Position numbers and translations under genes: made by a program
The notes under the pieces: model-generated
What the model was told of the DNA's origin: nothing
Seen by the model: the letters and a program-made list of their open reading frames with translations, nothing else
Databases searched by the model: none
Shown here: piece after piece, positions 31,965-41,318 of the stretch
Numbering within the stretch: the stretch's first letter is position 1
Layout: the number at the start of each line of letters is the position of its first letter
From: Parcubacteria group bacterium CG1_02_58_44
GTDB taxonomy: Bacteria > Patescibacteriota > Patescibacteriia > SG8-24
Length of the DNA: 64,000 bases
Reading direction: 5' to 3'
Assembly: GCA_001872545.1 (NCBI GenBank)
Contig: MNWN01000011.1
Span: 2,089 to 66,088, forward strand

Positions 31965-32158
31965 TTTTTCCGAAGTCCGAAATGGCAGGCCGATCCTCGG
32001 ATCGGTGGCGTCGGCCTTCCTTATCTTAGTTCGATGAACACTGATCCTATTCAGCCATGGAACATCAGTCAGCGGCCTAAGTCAAGGGTTGAGATGATCC
32101 GTCCGTATCGGAACTAGGTTGAAACGCCTCGCAGTTTTTGCTAAGGTGAGGCGGCCAA

Positions 32159-32234
32159 CGGCCCGTAGCTCAGTGGTTAGAGCGCCGCCCTTATAAGGCG
32201 GATGTCGGCGGTTCAAATCCGCCCGGGCCGACCA
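32159..32234 (+). tRNA. tRNA-Ile with genomic anticodon TAT (UAU), CCA encoded
   Basis: CGGCCCG TA GCTC AGTGGTTA GAGC G CCGCC CTTATAA GGCGG ATGTC GGCGG TTCAAAT CCGCC CGGGCCG A CCA gives a perfect cloverleaf. The anticodon loop has U33 and A37 with the anticodon UAU. Confidence 0.8.
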
Positions 32235-32484
32235 TTCTAGCCGAAAATTTGTTTTTTGAACGATGTTTTGTTTTCGTCAGTGTGTTCTCCAAGAAGGACT
32301 TGAAGGGTTGAGCCGTGAGCCGGCGAACGGCGAGAGGGGCGGCAAAAGCCGTCCGGGCTCAGAACATTTCAGTTTTTTGATCGAGGCCCTGCCGAGAAAC
32401 ACCTGTCCGGACAGAAACAAGCCCGTCTCAGTATGAGCGTTCGGTGTGCAGCCGCCCCGGTACCCGAGTCGGAGCGAGGGGAAG

Positions 32485-32503
32485 TCCGCCCGGGCCGACC
32501 ATT
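32485..32503 (+). repeat. Duplicated copy of the tRNA-Ile 3' end (tccgcccgggccgaccatt), about 270 bp downstream of the tRNA
   Basis: Exact 19 nt match to 32216-32234 plus 2 nt beyond the tRNA. Confidence 0.55.
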
Positions 32504-32881
32504 TAGAATCGTAGGTTTCGTTTTCAGTTCGCCATGAAAAAATGCGTCTCACGGCGCATTTTTGCGTTTTAATGGCTTGTTATCCCGGCATCAAAAACAT
32601 GTCATCCCGGCCCCCTAACCAATGTCATCCCGGGCCGAGACCCGGGATCCAGTGCCGTCTTGTCTTACCTTGGTCCCCACCTCCGCTAAAGCTACGGCGG
32701 GCAAGCCGGGTCAGGCCCGGAACGACAACAAAGAAGTCCGAGACTGTTAGAGAGAGGTATATGGGTGGCAATGACAAAGGCACTGTCTTTTTCGGCAAAT
32801 TCAAACCCCGGGCCTTGGCCAGAGGAGTGTCATTATTCTATAAGCTCCCCAGCGAAGCTGGGGTGTACGTTCGTAAAATAA

Positions 32882-32905
32882 ACCACCGGACCTTAGTCCG
32901 GTGGT
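32882..32905 (-). terminator. Terminator-like hairpin downstream of rel on the minus strand
   Basis: accaccggac ctta gtccggtggt is followed on the minus strand by TTTATTTTACG. Confidence 0.4.
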
Positions 32906-32912
32906 CGGTTAC

Positions 32913-34553
32913 CTACCTGTTCTTCTTTTGCGTTGCGCGCTGTTCGGCCCTTTCCCTTTTTCCTTCCCTCTCCTCGCCGAAGTTCTTTATCCAGCGCATA
33001 AGGCGTGACTTGGCGCCGCTCCTTATGTGGGAGCGGGCAGTCGAGGTCTTGATGAATGACAGCCAGTCCGGATTCGGGCTGGTTCGGTCCTTGTCGACGA
33101 TTATCTCGCAGCAGTCGCCGGAGAACAGGCGCGTCTCCAGGCTGACGATGTGGTCGTTGACGCGGGCGCCGACACAGGTATTTCCTATCTGCGAATGAAT
33201 GGCATAGGCGAAATCGACAGGTGTCGCACCTTCGGGCAGGTCGATGACGTCACCTTTCGGGGTGAAGACGAAGATTCGGTCCTGGAATACGTCGATCTTC
33301 AGGGTTTCCAGGGACTCCAGGAATTCCGTTCCGGTCTTGGTGTCCAGATTCTGCTTGGCCAGGTCCTTGACCCATTTCATCTGTTTCCGCACTTCGGCTG
33401 AAGCCTTGCCGGCCTCGTCGTACTGCCAATGGGCGGCAATGCCGCGTTCGGCCTCCTCGTGCATCCGTCTGGTGCGGATCTGGAACTCGACGATCTCTCC
33501 GCCCTCGCAGAAGACGGTCGTATGCAGCGACTGGTAGCCGTTCGGTTTGGGCTGGGAGATGTAGTCCTTGATGCGCCCCTTGAGCGGCTTCCAGGTCTGG
33601 TGGATGATCCCCAGTACCGCATAGCAGTCGCTCAGCCTGGGCACTATGATGCGCAGGGCGATGATGTCGTGAATTTGGATGATGTCGCGCTCATGCTTCA
33701 GCAGCTTTCGATAGAGGCTGTACTTGTGCTTGACGCGGCCTTCTATTGCCTCGAAGTTTATCTCGTTGCGCTTCAGTTCCGTATCGAGCAGCGTTTTGAC
33801 CTTTTCGACGTAGCCTTTCTTGACCTTGATCGCACGGTCGACCAGGTGGGTGACCCATTCGTATTCCTTCGGCATCGAATGCTTGAAGGACAGGTCCTCC
33901 AGTTTGGCCCGCATCTTGTTGATGCCCAGACGGTTGGCGATCGGAGCGTAGATCTCGAGCGACTCCTGTGCGATGCGTATCTGCTTGGCCGGCGGCAGGG
34001 CCGATAGGGTACTCAGGTTGTTGATCCGGTCGGCGAACTTTATCAGGATGACGCGAATGTCCGAGGCCATGGCCACGAACATCTTGCGTAGGTTCTCGAC
34101 GTAGCGGTCGATGCCGCGGTACTTTATCTTGCCGAGCTTGGTTATTCCGGCGACCATCGACGAGATGTCGTCGCCGAAGTTCTTGCGGATGTCCTCGATC
34201 GTCACTGGCGTGTCCTCCGGCACGTCATGCAGTAGTCCTGCGATGATGATCGATATAGGGACCTTCATTTCCGCCAGCAGCTCGGCCGTGGCCAGCGGAT
34301 GGACAATATATGGTTCGCCTGACTTCCTCTTCTGTCCCTGATGGGCATCGTTGGCGAAATCGAAAGCCAGACGCACCAGGTCAAGGTCCGCCTCGGGCTC
34401 GTACTTTCTGATCTTTTCCAGCAGTCCGTCGACGTTCGGTTTGGCCATACGTTCGGTTAGCTGATCGACTTTGCACGATATCATCTTAATCCAATCAAGT
34501 AAAGATTGGTAAGCGCGGCTTTTTTGGACCTGAAAACGGATGACTTTCGTCAT
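32913..34553 (-). CDS. rel: Bifunctional (p)ppGpp synthetase/hydrolase, RelA/SpoT family (HD + synthetase + TGS domains, apparently no ACT domain)
   Basis: The HD motif HPLATAELLAEMKVPISIIIAGLLHDVPEDT, the synthetase motif RIKDYISQPKPNGYQSLHTTV and the TGS-like GDVIDLPEGATPVDFAYAIHSQIGNTCVGARVN. At 546 aa it is shorter than canonical Rel. The start may be an internal Met. Confidence 0.85.
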   Translation of the reverse strand: MTKVIRFQVQKSRAYQSLLDWIKMISCKVDQLTERMAKPNVDGLLEKIRKYEPEADLDLVRLAFDFANDAHQGQKRKSGEPYIVHPLATAELLAEMKVPISIIIAGLLHDVPEDTPVTIEDIRKNFGDDISSMVAGITKLGKIKYRGIDRYVENLRKMFVAMASDIRVILIKFADRINNLSTLSALPPAKQIRIAQESLEIYAPIANRLGINKMRAKLEDLSFKHSMPKEYEWVTHLVDRAIKVKKGYVEKVKTLLDTELKRNEINFEAIEGRVKHKYSLYRKLLKHERDIIQIHDIIALRIIVPRLSDCYAVLGIIHQTWKPLKGRIKDYISQPKPNGYQSLHTTVFCEGGEIVEFQIRTRRMHEEAERGIAAHWQYDEAGKASAEVRKQMKWVKDLAKQNLDTKTGTEFLESLETLKIDVFQDRIFVFTPKGDVIDLPEGATPVDFAYAIHSQIGNTCVGARVNDHIVSLETRLFSGDCCEIIVDKDRTSPNPDWLSFIKTSTARSHIRSGAKSRLMRWIKNFGEEREGKRERAEQRATQKKNR

Positions 34554-34579
34554 CCGTTTCGTCGTTCATGTTCGGTCGG

Positions 34580-36826
34580 TCATTCCGACTGGGAGGTGTT
34601 TTGGACGTATCCGCAGCCTTCGCCCGAGCATTTGGCCTCGTCCTTCTTGGCCATGACCATCAGCTGCTTGCACTTCGGGCAGGTGTCACCGGTCGGTCGA
34701 CTCCACAACGCGAAGTCGCATTTCGGATAGCCGGAGCAGGCATAGAATGTCTTGCCTTTGCGAGTTTTCTTTTCTACGATCTCTCCTTCGCCGCATTGAG
34801 GGCAATTGACGCCGACCTTCTTCTGGATCGACTTGATGGTCTTGCATTTCGGATAGCCGGAACAGCTGAGGAACGGTCCGAACCGTCCGCGCTTGACGAT
34901 CATGGGCGAACCGCAGGCCTCGCATTTCTGGTCGGTCTCCGGAACGGCCTCGGCGGTCGCATCGCCGTCCGCACCATCGACGGCCTTGGTGTTGCGGCAT
35001 TCCGGGAAGCCGGTGCAGGCCATGAACTTTCCGTAGCGGCCCATCTTGATGACCATCGGCTTGCCGCAATGCTCGCACTTCTCGTCAGTGCTTTCCTCGG
35101 CCACGTCCTTCTTGTTGACCTCCTTCTCCTTCACCTTCAGGTTTTCCTCGAAGGGGAGGTAGAAGTCGCGGATGACCGGCACCCAGTCCTTGCGGCCGGC
35201 GGCGACATCGTCGAGATCGTCTTCCATCTTGGCGGTAAACTGGAGATCCACGACGTTCGGAAAGTGCTGGACCAGCAGGTCGTTGACCAACGTGGCCAGG
35301 TCGGTTGGCTTGAGCTTGCGGCCGTCCTTCTCGACGTATCCGCGGTCGACCACCGTGCTGATGGTCGGAGCGTAGGTCGACGGTCGTCCGATGCCGTTTT
35401 CCTCCAACGTCTTGACCAGCGAGGCCTCTGTATAGCGCGGCGGCGGCTCGGTGAAATGCTGTTTAAGTTCGATCTTTTCGGCCTGCAGTCCGTCACCCTC
35501 GTTCAGCTCTGGCAGCAGGTTTTCTTTGGTTTCGGATTGATAGACTTCCAGATATCCCTTCTTGACCAGTATTGAGCCGGTGGCCCGGAAGTCGTATGTC
35601 GGACGTTCTTGTTCGGTCGCTTCGGCGTCCACGGTGACGGTGTCGATTTCGGCGTCGACCATCTGCGAGGCCATGGCCCGGCGCCAGATCAGGTCGTAGA
35701 GCTTGGCCTGGTGCGAGTCGAGGTACTTGGAGACGATTTCGGGATGGAGCGACGCACCGGTCGGCCTGATGGCTTCATGCGCTTCCTGTGCACCTTTTGA
35801 CTTGTTCTCGTAGCGGCGCGGTCCGTTCGGCAGGTATTCGTTCCCCAGATTCTTGGCCAGCCAGTCGCGGGATTCGCCCACGAAGTCGTCGGACAGGTTG
35901 ACCGAGTCGGTACGCATGTAGGTGATCAGGCCGGTCGAGCCGTCGTCGCCGAGCTCGATTCCCTCGTAGAGCTGCTGGGCGATGACCATGGTCTGCTTGG
36001 AGGAGAAGCCGAATCGGTTGTTGGCGTCCTGCTGGAGCGTCGACGTGGTGAACGGCGGCAACGGCTTCTTCTTGACCGTCTTCTTTTCCACGGACTTGAC
36101 CGTCCAGGCGGAACCGTCCAAGTCGTTCAGTACCTTCTGTGCGGCGCCCTCGTCGGCCAGCGCGAACTTGTCGAGTGTCTTTCCGTCACGCTGGTGCAGC
36201 TTGGCCACGAACGATTCGGTACCGTCCTGGTGGTGCAGCGTCGCCTCGACCGACCAGTATTCCTGCGGCTTGAACTCTCCGATCTCGCGCTCGCGTTCGA
36301 CGATCAGTCGGACGACCACCGACTGGACGCGTCCGGCAGAGAGTCCGCGGGCTACCTTGCGCCACAGGAAGGGGGACAGCTTGTATCCGACCAGCCGATC
36401 CAGGACGCGGCGGGCCTGCTGCGCGTCGACCAGGTGATTGTCGATGTCGCGCGGATTTTCCAGGGCCTTCTTGATGGCCGTACCGGTGATCTCGTGGAAG
36501 GTGATGCGCTTGGTCCGTTTCGGGTCGATATCCAGCATCTCCTTGAGGTGCCAGGAGATCGCCTCCCCCTCGCGGTCCTCGTCCGATGCGAAGTAGACGA
36601 TCTCGGCGTCCTTGACCGCCTTCTTTAGCTCGGATGCCACCTTACGCGACTTGGTCGGAATGACGTACTTGGGGGCGAAGTCGTTTTCCGTGTCCACGCC
36701 CAGGTCGTTTTTGGGCAGGTCGCGGACATGGCCGAAGGAGGACATGACCTTGTAGCCGCGTCCCAGGAACTTCGTGATCGTCTTGGCCTTGGTCGGCGAT
36801 TCGACTATTATCAGGTTCTTTTTCAT
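34580..36826 (-). CDS. topA: DNA topoisomerase I with three C-terminal C4 zinc ribbons
   Basis: MKKNLIIVESPTKAKTITKFLG (TOPRIM), the catalytic Tyr region, and C-terminal CEHCGKPM...CTGFPEC, CEACGSPM...CSGYPKC and CPQCGEGE...CSGYPKC zinc fingers. Confidence 0.92.
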   Translation of the reverse strand: MKKNLIIVESPTKAKTITKFLGRGYKVMSSFGHVRDLPKNDLGVDTENDFAPKYVIPTKSRKVASELKKAVKDAEIVYFASDEDREGEAISWHLKEMLDIDPKRTKRITFHEITGTAIKKALENPRDIDNHLVDAQQARRVLDRLVGYKLSPFLWRKVARGLSAGRVQSVVVRLIVEREREIGEFKPQEYWSVEATLHHQDGTESFVAKLHQRDGKTLDKFALADEGAAQKVLNDLDGSAWTVKSVEKKTVKKKPLPPFTTSTLQQDANNRFGFSSKQTMVIAQQLYEGIELGDDGSTGLITYMRTDSVNLSDDFVGESRDWLAKNLGNEYLPNGPRRYENKSKGAQEAHEAIRPTGASLHPEIVSKYLDSHQAKLYDLIWRRAMASQMVDAEIDTVTVDAEATEQERPTYDFRATGSILVKKGYLEVYQSETKENLLPELNEGDGLQAEKIELKQHFTEPPPRYTEASLVKTLEENGIGRPSTYAPTISTVVDRGYVEKDGRKLKPTDLATLVNDLLVQHFPNVVDLQFTAKMEDDLDDVAAGRKDWVPVIRDFYLPFEENLKVKEKEVNKKDVAEESTDEKCEHCGKPMVIKMGRYGKFMACTGFPECRNTKAVDGADGDATAEAVPETDQKCEACGSPMIVKRGRFGPFLSCSGYPKCKTIKSIQKKVGVNCPQCGEGEIVEKKTRKGKTFYACSGYPKCDFALWSRPTGDTCPKCKQLMVMAKKDEAKCSGEGCGYVQNTSQSE

Positions 36827-36919
36827 AGCGACGGTTTCGTTCGAGAGTGAGGGGCCTTCTATATTTTAAGGCCTGCATCTGACGTTAGGCTTTAGGGTAA
36901 CGGTCGTTCGCTCGGAATG

Positions 36920-37849
36920 TCAATTGGCGCCGAACCTGTCGCCGGTGCGGCTGATCAGTCCGGCGATCTCGAGTTCGGACAATGCCACCAGGACCTGTCC
37001 GACGTCAAGTCCCGACCGTTCGGCCAGCTCATCCGGCGAGATCGATTCCAGGCGGACGATGTCGAGCAGCGTGCCGGCTCGGCCGTTCGGTGGGGGCGTC
37101 TGGACGGTCGGAATCTCGTCGATGTCCAGCACCTTGAGCAGTCCCTCCGGTTCGAGCAGGGGATGAGCTCCTTGGGAGATCAGCCAATTGGTGCCACGGC
37201 TGGTCTCCGTGGTTACCGGTCCGGGCACGGCGAAGACTTCCAGTCCGAAATCCAGGGCGAACTTGGCGGTGATCAGCGCTCCGGACTTGATTGGCGCCTC
37301 GATGACGACCGTAGCGAGAGTCAGTCCGGCCACGATTCGGTTGCGCACCGGAAAGTGGTACGGCTGTGGTTGGGTGCCGCAGGGGTACTCGGAGGCCAGT
37401 GCGCCGCCGGAAGAGACGATGCGTTCGGCCAGCCGGCTGTTGGTGCGCGGGGTGACCGATTCGCTGTCCACGCCCGAACCCAGGATGCCTACCGTCAGGC
37501 CGCCGGCCTCCAGCGTCGCCAGATGCACTGCCGCATCGGTGCCGAGCGCCAGTCCGCTGACGATGCCGATGCCGTGCCGCACCCAGGTCGGCACGAACCG
37601 CCTGATCACCGCCTCGCCATAGTTCGTCATTCGCCTCGTGCCGACTACCGCTACGAGAGGCTGTCGGGTCAGAGCCTCGGTCCGTCCGCGCACGAATAGA
37701 CGTTCCGGACAGCCGAAGAGGGGTCGAAGTCGGGGAGGGAAACCGTCGTCCGTTCGCTTGATTTCTTTGGTCCCGTTCATAACGGGGCCGACCGTAGCGT
37801 CCGGTGTTTCGGCTGTCAAATTTTGGACCGAAGTCCGTCTCCTAGGCAA
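36920..37849 (-). CDS. dprA: DNA-processing protein A (DprA/Smf)
   Basis: Rossmann-like domain with GLALGTDAAVHLATLEAGGLTVGILGSGVD and FALDFGLEVFAVPGPV. The C-terminal winged-helix-like tail is present. The dprA-topA adjacency is typical. Confidence 0.85.
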   Translation of the reverse strand: MPRRRTSVQNLTAETPDATVGPVMNGTKEIKRTDDGFPPRLRPLFGCPERLFVRGRTEALTRQPLVAVVGTRRMTNYGEAVIRRFVPTWVRHGIGIVSGLALGTDAAVHLATLEAGGLTVGILGSGVDSESVTPRTNSRLAERIVSSGGALASEYPCGTQPQPYHFPVRNRIVAGLTLATVVIEAPIKSGALITAKFALDFGLEVFAVPGPVTTETSRGTNWLISQGAHPLLEPEGLLKVLDIDEIPTVQTPPPNGRAGTLLDIVRLESISPDELAERSGLDVGQVLVALSELEIAGLISRTGDRFGAN

Positions 37850-37888
37850 ACAAAAAACGTCGGACCTAGCGGCCCGGCGTCCTTTTTT

Positions 37889-38461
37889 CTAGTTGAACTC
37901 GTTCATGGCCTTGTCCAGACCGTCACTCAGTATCGCCTCCAGTGCGTCTGCGGCCCTCTCCAGGACATCGTTCAGGTCCGACTCTTCTGTCGCGCCGAAT
38001 CTCTCCAGTACGAACCTTTCGGCCGGGATCTTGTACATCTGGACGTTGCCGATGCCCAAGCGCAGGCGCGGCACCTCTTCGGTGGACAGCGCTTCGACGA
38101 TGGACTTGAGTCCGTTGTGCCCGCCGGCCGATCCCTCACGGCGCAGACGCAGCGTGCCGAACGGCAGGGAGAAGTCGTCGAGCACGACGACAGTTTCCGT
38201 CACCTCGACCTTCCAGAAGTTAGCCGCCTCACGCACCGCACGCCCGGACTCGTTCATGAAGGTTTGGGGTAGGACCAGGACCACTTTTTCCTTTCCGACC
38301 CGTCCCTCGGAGACCAGTGATTGGAACTTTTCCTTCCAGTCATCGAACCGGTCGGCATGCCGCCGGCGAAAGGCCTGAAGCGCCATGAATCCGGCATTGT
38401 GACGGGTGCGCTCGTACTTATCTCCGGGGTTGCCGAGTCCGACGATCAATCTCATATCCAA
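37889..38461 (-). CDS. pth: Peptidyl-tRNA hydrolase
   Basis: MRLIVGLGNPGDKYERTRHNAGFMAL is the canonical Pth N-terminus. Confidence 0.9.
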   Translation of the reverse strand: MDMRLIVGLGNPGDKYERTRHNAGFMALQAFRRRHADRFDDWKEKFQSLVSEGRVGKEKVVLVLPQTFMNESGRAVREAANFWKVEVTETVVVLDDFSLPFGTLRLRREGSAGGHNGLKSIVEALSTEEVPRLRLGIGNVQMYKIPAERFVLERFGATEESDLNDVLERAADALEAILSDGLDKAMNEFN

Positions 38462-38464
38462 CGG

Positions 38465-39847
38465 TTACCTTTTCGACTTGGAGCGTATCTCACGGGATAC
38501 GACCGCGATCGGCGTGCCGGCGAAGCCGAACTCCTCCCGCAACCGGTTTTCGATGAAGTTCAGGAAGCTCGGGTGCATGTTTTCTTTCTTTTTGGAGATC
38601 ACCAGGAACGTCGGCGGCTTGGTTCCGATCTGGATCATGCCGTAGACCTTCGGCCGGTTGCTGTCCTTCTTCGATCCAAGGATCGCGTGATGCTTCTTCT
38701 TTAGCATCTCGACGAAGGTATCGAGTTCAGCCTGCGGTATCTCTCGACTTCGCTGTCTGGCGATTTCGAGCGCAAGGCCGATCAGCTTGCCGACCCGGTC
38801 TCCGGTCTTGGCGGAGATGTAGGCTACCGGCGCGAACTTGTAGAACGGCAGTTCCGTGGCCACGTACTTTCGGTACTCGTCGGCCGTTCCGAGCTGGCCC
38901 TCCGGCGCCAGGTCCCACTTGTTGACCACGATCAGCACGCCGACGTTCTTTCGTTCGATCAGTCCGGCCAGCTTGCGTTCCTGCGCGTCGATTCCCTCGG
39001 TGGCGTCGATCATCAGGAAGGTGACGTCGGCCTCGACCATCTCGTTGATGCTCATGCTGACGCCGACACGCTCCAGTCCGGGTTGGACCTTGGCCTTCTT
39101 GCGGATGCCGACCGTGTCGACCAGCAGGATGTGGCGTTCGGTGCCGTCCAGTTCGGTGTAGGTGAGCATGGTGTCCTGAGGTTCCCTGGTGGTGTGAGGC
39201 ACTTCACTGACGATGACCCTTTCCTCGCCCGCCAGCGCGTTCAGCAGCGAGGACTTGCCTACGTTGGGACGTCCGATCAGGGCGATGCGCACTTCCGGTT
39301 CCGGCAGCGGCCGGCTGGTCAGCCCCTGACCGGTCATGTATCCCAGAATTTCCTCCAGCAGGTCGCCGACGCCCGATCCGTTGATGGCCGAGACTGCCCT
39401 AGGCGCACCTAGACCGAGCTTGAGCCAGGCGTCGCCCTTGGCCTTCGAACGCATCCTCGGATTGTCGGCCTTGTTGACGATGAGCAGGACTTTCTTGTCG
39501 GACTTGCGGAGATATTTGGCCAGCGCGACGTCCTGCGGCATCGGGCCGTCATTGGCGTCGGTCAGCATGACGATCAGGTCGGACTTGCTCATGCCGGACT
39601 TCGCCTGCCGGAGCAGCTGCGCTTCGGTGGCCGCCTTCGACGTCAGGTCCAGTCCGGCCGTGTCGATGACCGTCAGTATCTCCTCGCGCCAGTGGCAGTG
39701 GCCGAAGTTGATGTCCTGCGTGGTGCCGGCGACCGATGAGGTGATCGCCTTCCGTTTCTCGATGAGGCGATTGAAAAGGGTGGACTTGCCGACGTTGGCC
39801 CGTCCCACAAGGGCGATGACTGGCGTGAGTTTCGGTTGCTGGTTCAT
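38465..39847 (-). CDS. der: Ribosome biogenesis GTPase Der (EngA), tandem GTPase domains + KH-like
   Basis: Two P-loops, IALVGRANVGKSTLFN and IALIGRPNVGKSSLLN, plus NKADN and NKWD G4 motifs. Confidence 0.9.
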   Translation of the reverse strand: MNQQPKLTPVIALVGRANVGKSTLFNRLIEKRKAITSSVAGTTQDINFGHCHWREEILTVIDTAGLDLTSKAATEAQLLRQAKSGMSKSDLIVMLTDANDGPMPQDVALAKYLRKSDKKVLLIVNKADNPRMRSKAKGDAWLKLGLGAPRAVSAINGSGVGDLLEEILGYMTGQGLTSRPLPEPEVRIALIGRPNVGKSSLLNALAGEERVIVSEVPHTTREPQDTMLTYTELDGTERHILLVDTVGIRKKAKVQPGLERVGVSMSINEMVEADVTFLMIDATEGIDAQERKLAGLIERKNVGVLIVVNKWDLAPEGQLGTADEYRKYVATELPFYKFAPVAYISAKTGDRVGKLIGLALEIARQRSREIPQAELDTFVEMLKKKHHAILGSKKDSNRPKVYGMIQIGTKPPTFLVISKKKENMHPSFLNFIENRLREEFGFAGTPIAVVSREIRSKSKR

Positions 39848-39851
39848 GTTT

Positions 39852-41318
39852 TCAGTCTTGTCCGAGGATGATCAGGTAGTCGGTGTCGGTGTCGGTGTCG
39901 GTGTCGACCGTAGCCAAGACTTCACGACTGGGTTTCCTGATGTCGACGTTCGGAATTATCTTTCGCAGCCGTTCGGCGTTCGCCGAGTTTCCGTTCTTCA
40001 GGTCGTAGACGACCGTTCGGGCGTAGTCGAACGAATCGGCGTTGCCGATCCTGACTACACGGAAGCCGTATTTCTTCAGTTCGACGGCCGTATCGCGAGC
40101 CCCTCCTGTCTCTCCGTTGCCGTTTCTGATTTCGACACCCGCCGCGTCGCCTACTTCTTGGCCGTCATCCAATGAGGTCATAAGCTCTTCCTGGCTCGGC
40201 GGCTCGGCCAGCTCGAATAGATTGGAGGCGACGTTTCGCAGCTCGTTCCAGTCGTTGTTCTTGGGCAGTAGGACATAGGCCCCGCCGACCACGCTGTCCA
40301 CCAGGACCGACTCGGGACGGTTGTCCAGCACTTCATGCTTGATGTTCTCGCGGTCGATGTCCTGCGCCAGTCGGGCCAAACGAAGGATTTCGCCCACATC
40401 GAGGTTAGTCGTCACGTTGGCCTGCAGCGCCGAGAGGGTGTTGGCCACGGCGGAGGGGCTGCTCAGCGTTTTGTAGGACATCATCTTGTCCTTGAGCGCC
40501 GTCAGGACCTTCTGTTGCCTCTTCGATCGGGCAAAGTCGCTGCCCTCGCCGTTGTTGCCGTGACGTGAACGTGCGAAACGCAGTGCCGTCTCGCCGTCCA
40601 GATGCTGCCAGCCCTGCTGGAACGACACTTTCTGCAGCCCGTGGCTGTAGGTCGGATAGCTGCCGTCGGTAAAGGTTCGCTCGACATAGACGTCGATGCC
40701 GCCCACGGCATCGATCACCGACCGGAAGCCGTCGAAGTCTATGCGCACATAGTACGGAATGTCAATTCCCAGCAGCCCTTCGGCGGTGGTCCTGATCAGG
40801 TCTCCGCCGTGTCCGGGATCCTGCGCTTCGCCGTAGGCGTTGACTGAGTTGATCTTTTTCCAGCCGTAGTCCTGTATCGGCACCAGCAGGTCACGGGGAA
40901 TGGACAGCATCGCCACTTGGCCGTCGGACGGTCGTATGCTGGCCACGATCAGCGTGTCGGTGAGATTCGGTCCGTCGTGTCCCTCTCCTCCCATGCCGAT
41001 CAGCAGTAAGTTGATGCGGTCGTCGGCTTCTCCCGTAAGCTTGCGGTCCGGACTGCTGATCAGATGGCGAACTCCGCCCAGGAACGGCAGCTGCCCGAGT
41101 CCTCCCAGGGCATACGAGGCGGCTTCCGACCCAGAGACTCGGCCCAGCAGGAAGGCCAGAACGAAAACCATGGCCACAGTGACCGGAGATATAAAAAATC
41201 TGACCGGTTTTGTGCCGGCTCGTCTGAACGGTGTCGATGCGTCTTTGCCTTTGAGGAGGTTGACTGTCGGTAGGTTAACCATTTTTTTGCCTTGATGCCG
41301 ATATCCGTCAGTGGCCAT
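39852..41318 (-). CDS. LytR-CpsA-Psr (LCP) family cell-envelope glycopolymer ligase with an N-terminal TM segment and a LytR_C domain
   Basis: INLLLIGMGGEGHDGPNLTDTLIVASIRPSDGQVAMLSIPRDL is the LCP core. The C-terminus ends in a (DT)n repeat encoded by a (gtcggt)n microsatellite. Confidence 0.85.
   Translation of the reverse strand: MATDGYRHQGKKMVNLPTVNLLKGKDASTPFRRAGTKPVRFFISPVTVAMVFVLAFLLGRVSGSEAASYALGGLGQLPFLGGVRHLISSPDRKLTGEADDRINLLLIGMGGEGHDGPNLTDTLIVASIRPSDGQVAMLSIPRDLLVPIQDYGWKKINSVNAYGEAQDPGHGGDLIRTTAEGLLGIDIPYYVRIDFDGFRSVIDAVGGIDVYVERTFTDGSYPTYSHGLQKVSFQQGWQHLDGETALRFARSRHGNNGEGSDFARSKRQQKVLTALKDKMMSYKTLSSPSAVANTLSALQANVTTNLDVGEILRLARLAQDIDRENIKHEVLDNRPESVLVDSVVGGAYVLLPKNNDWNELRNVASNLFELAEPPSQEELMTSLDDGQEVGDAAGVEIRNGNGETGGARDTAVELKKYGFRVVRIGNADSFDYARTVVYDLKNGNSANAERLRKIIPNVDIRKPSREVLATVDTDTDTDTDYLIILGQD
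39879..39906. repeat. Hexanucleotide tandem repeat (gtcggt) of about 4.7 units inside the 3' end of the LCP gene
   Basis: gtcggtgtcggtgtcggtgtcggtgtcg on the + strand encodes TVDTDTDTDTDY near the LCP C-terminus on the - strand. Confidence 0.8.

Noticed and set aside
39868-39906. CRISPR-like or phase-variation switch at the (gtcggt)n repeat
   Set aside because: There are only ~5 short identical units with no spacers, so it is not a CRISPR array. The hexamer periodicity preserves reading frame, so it is not an on/off phase switch. It is retained only as a length-variable linker.
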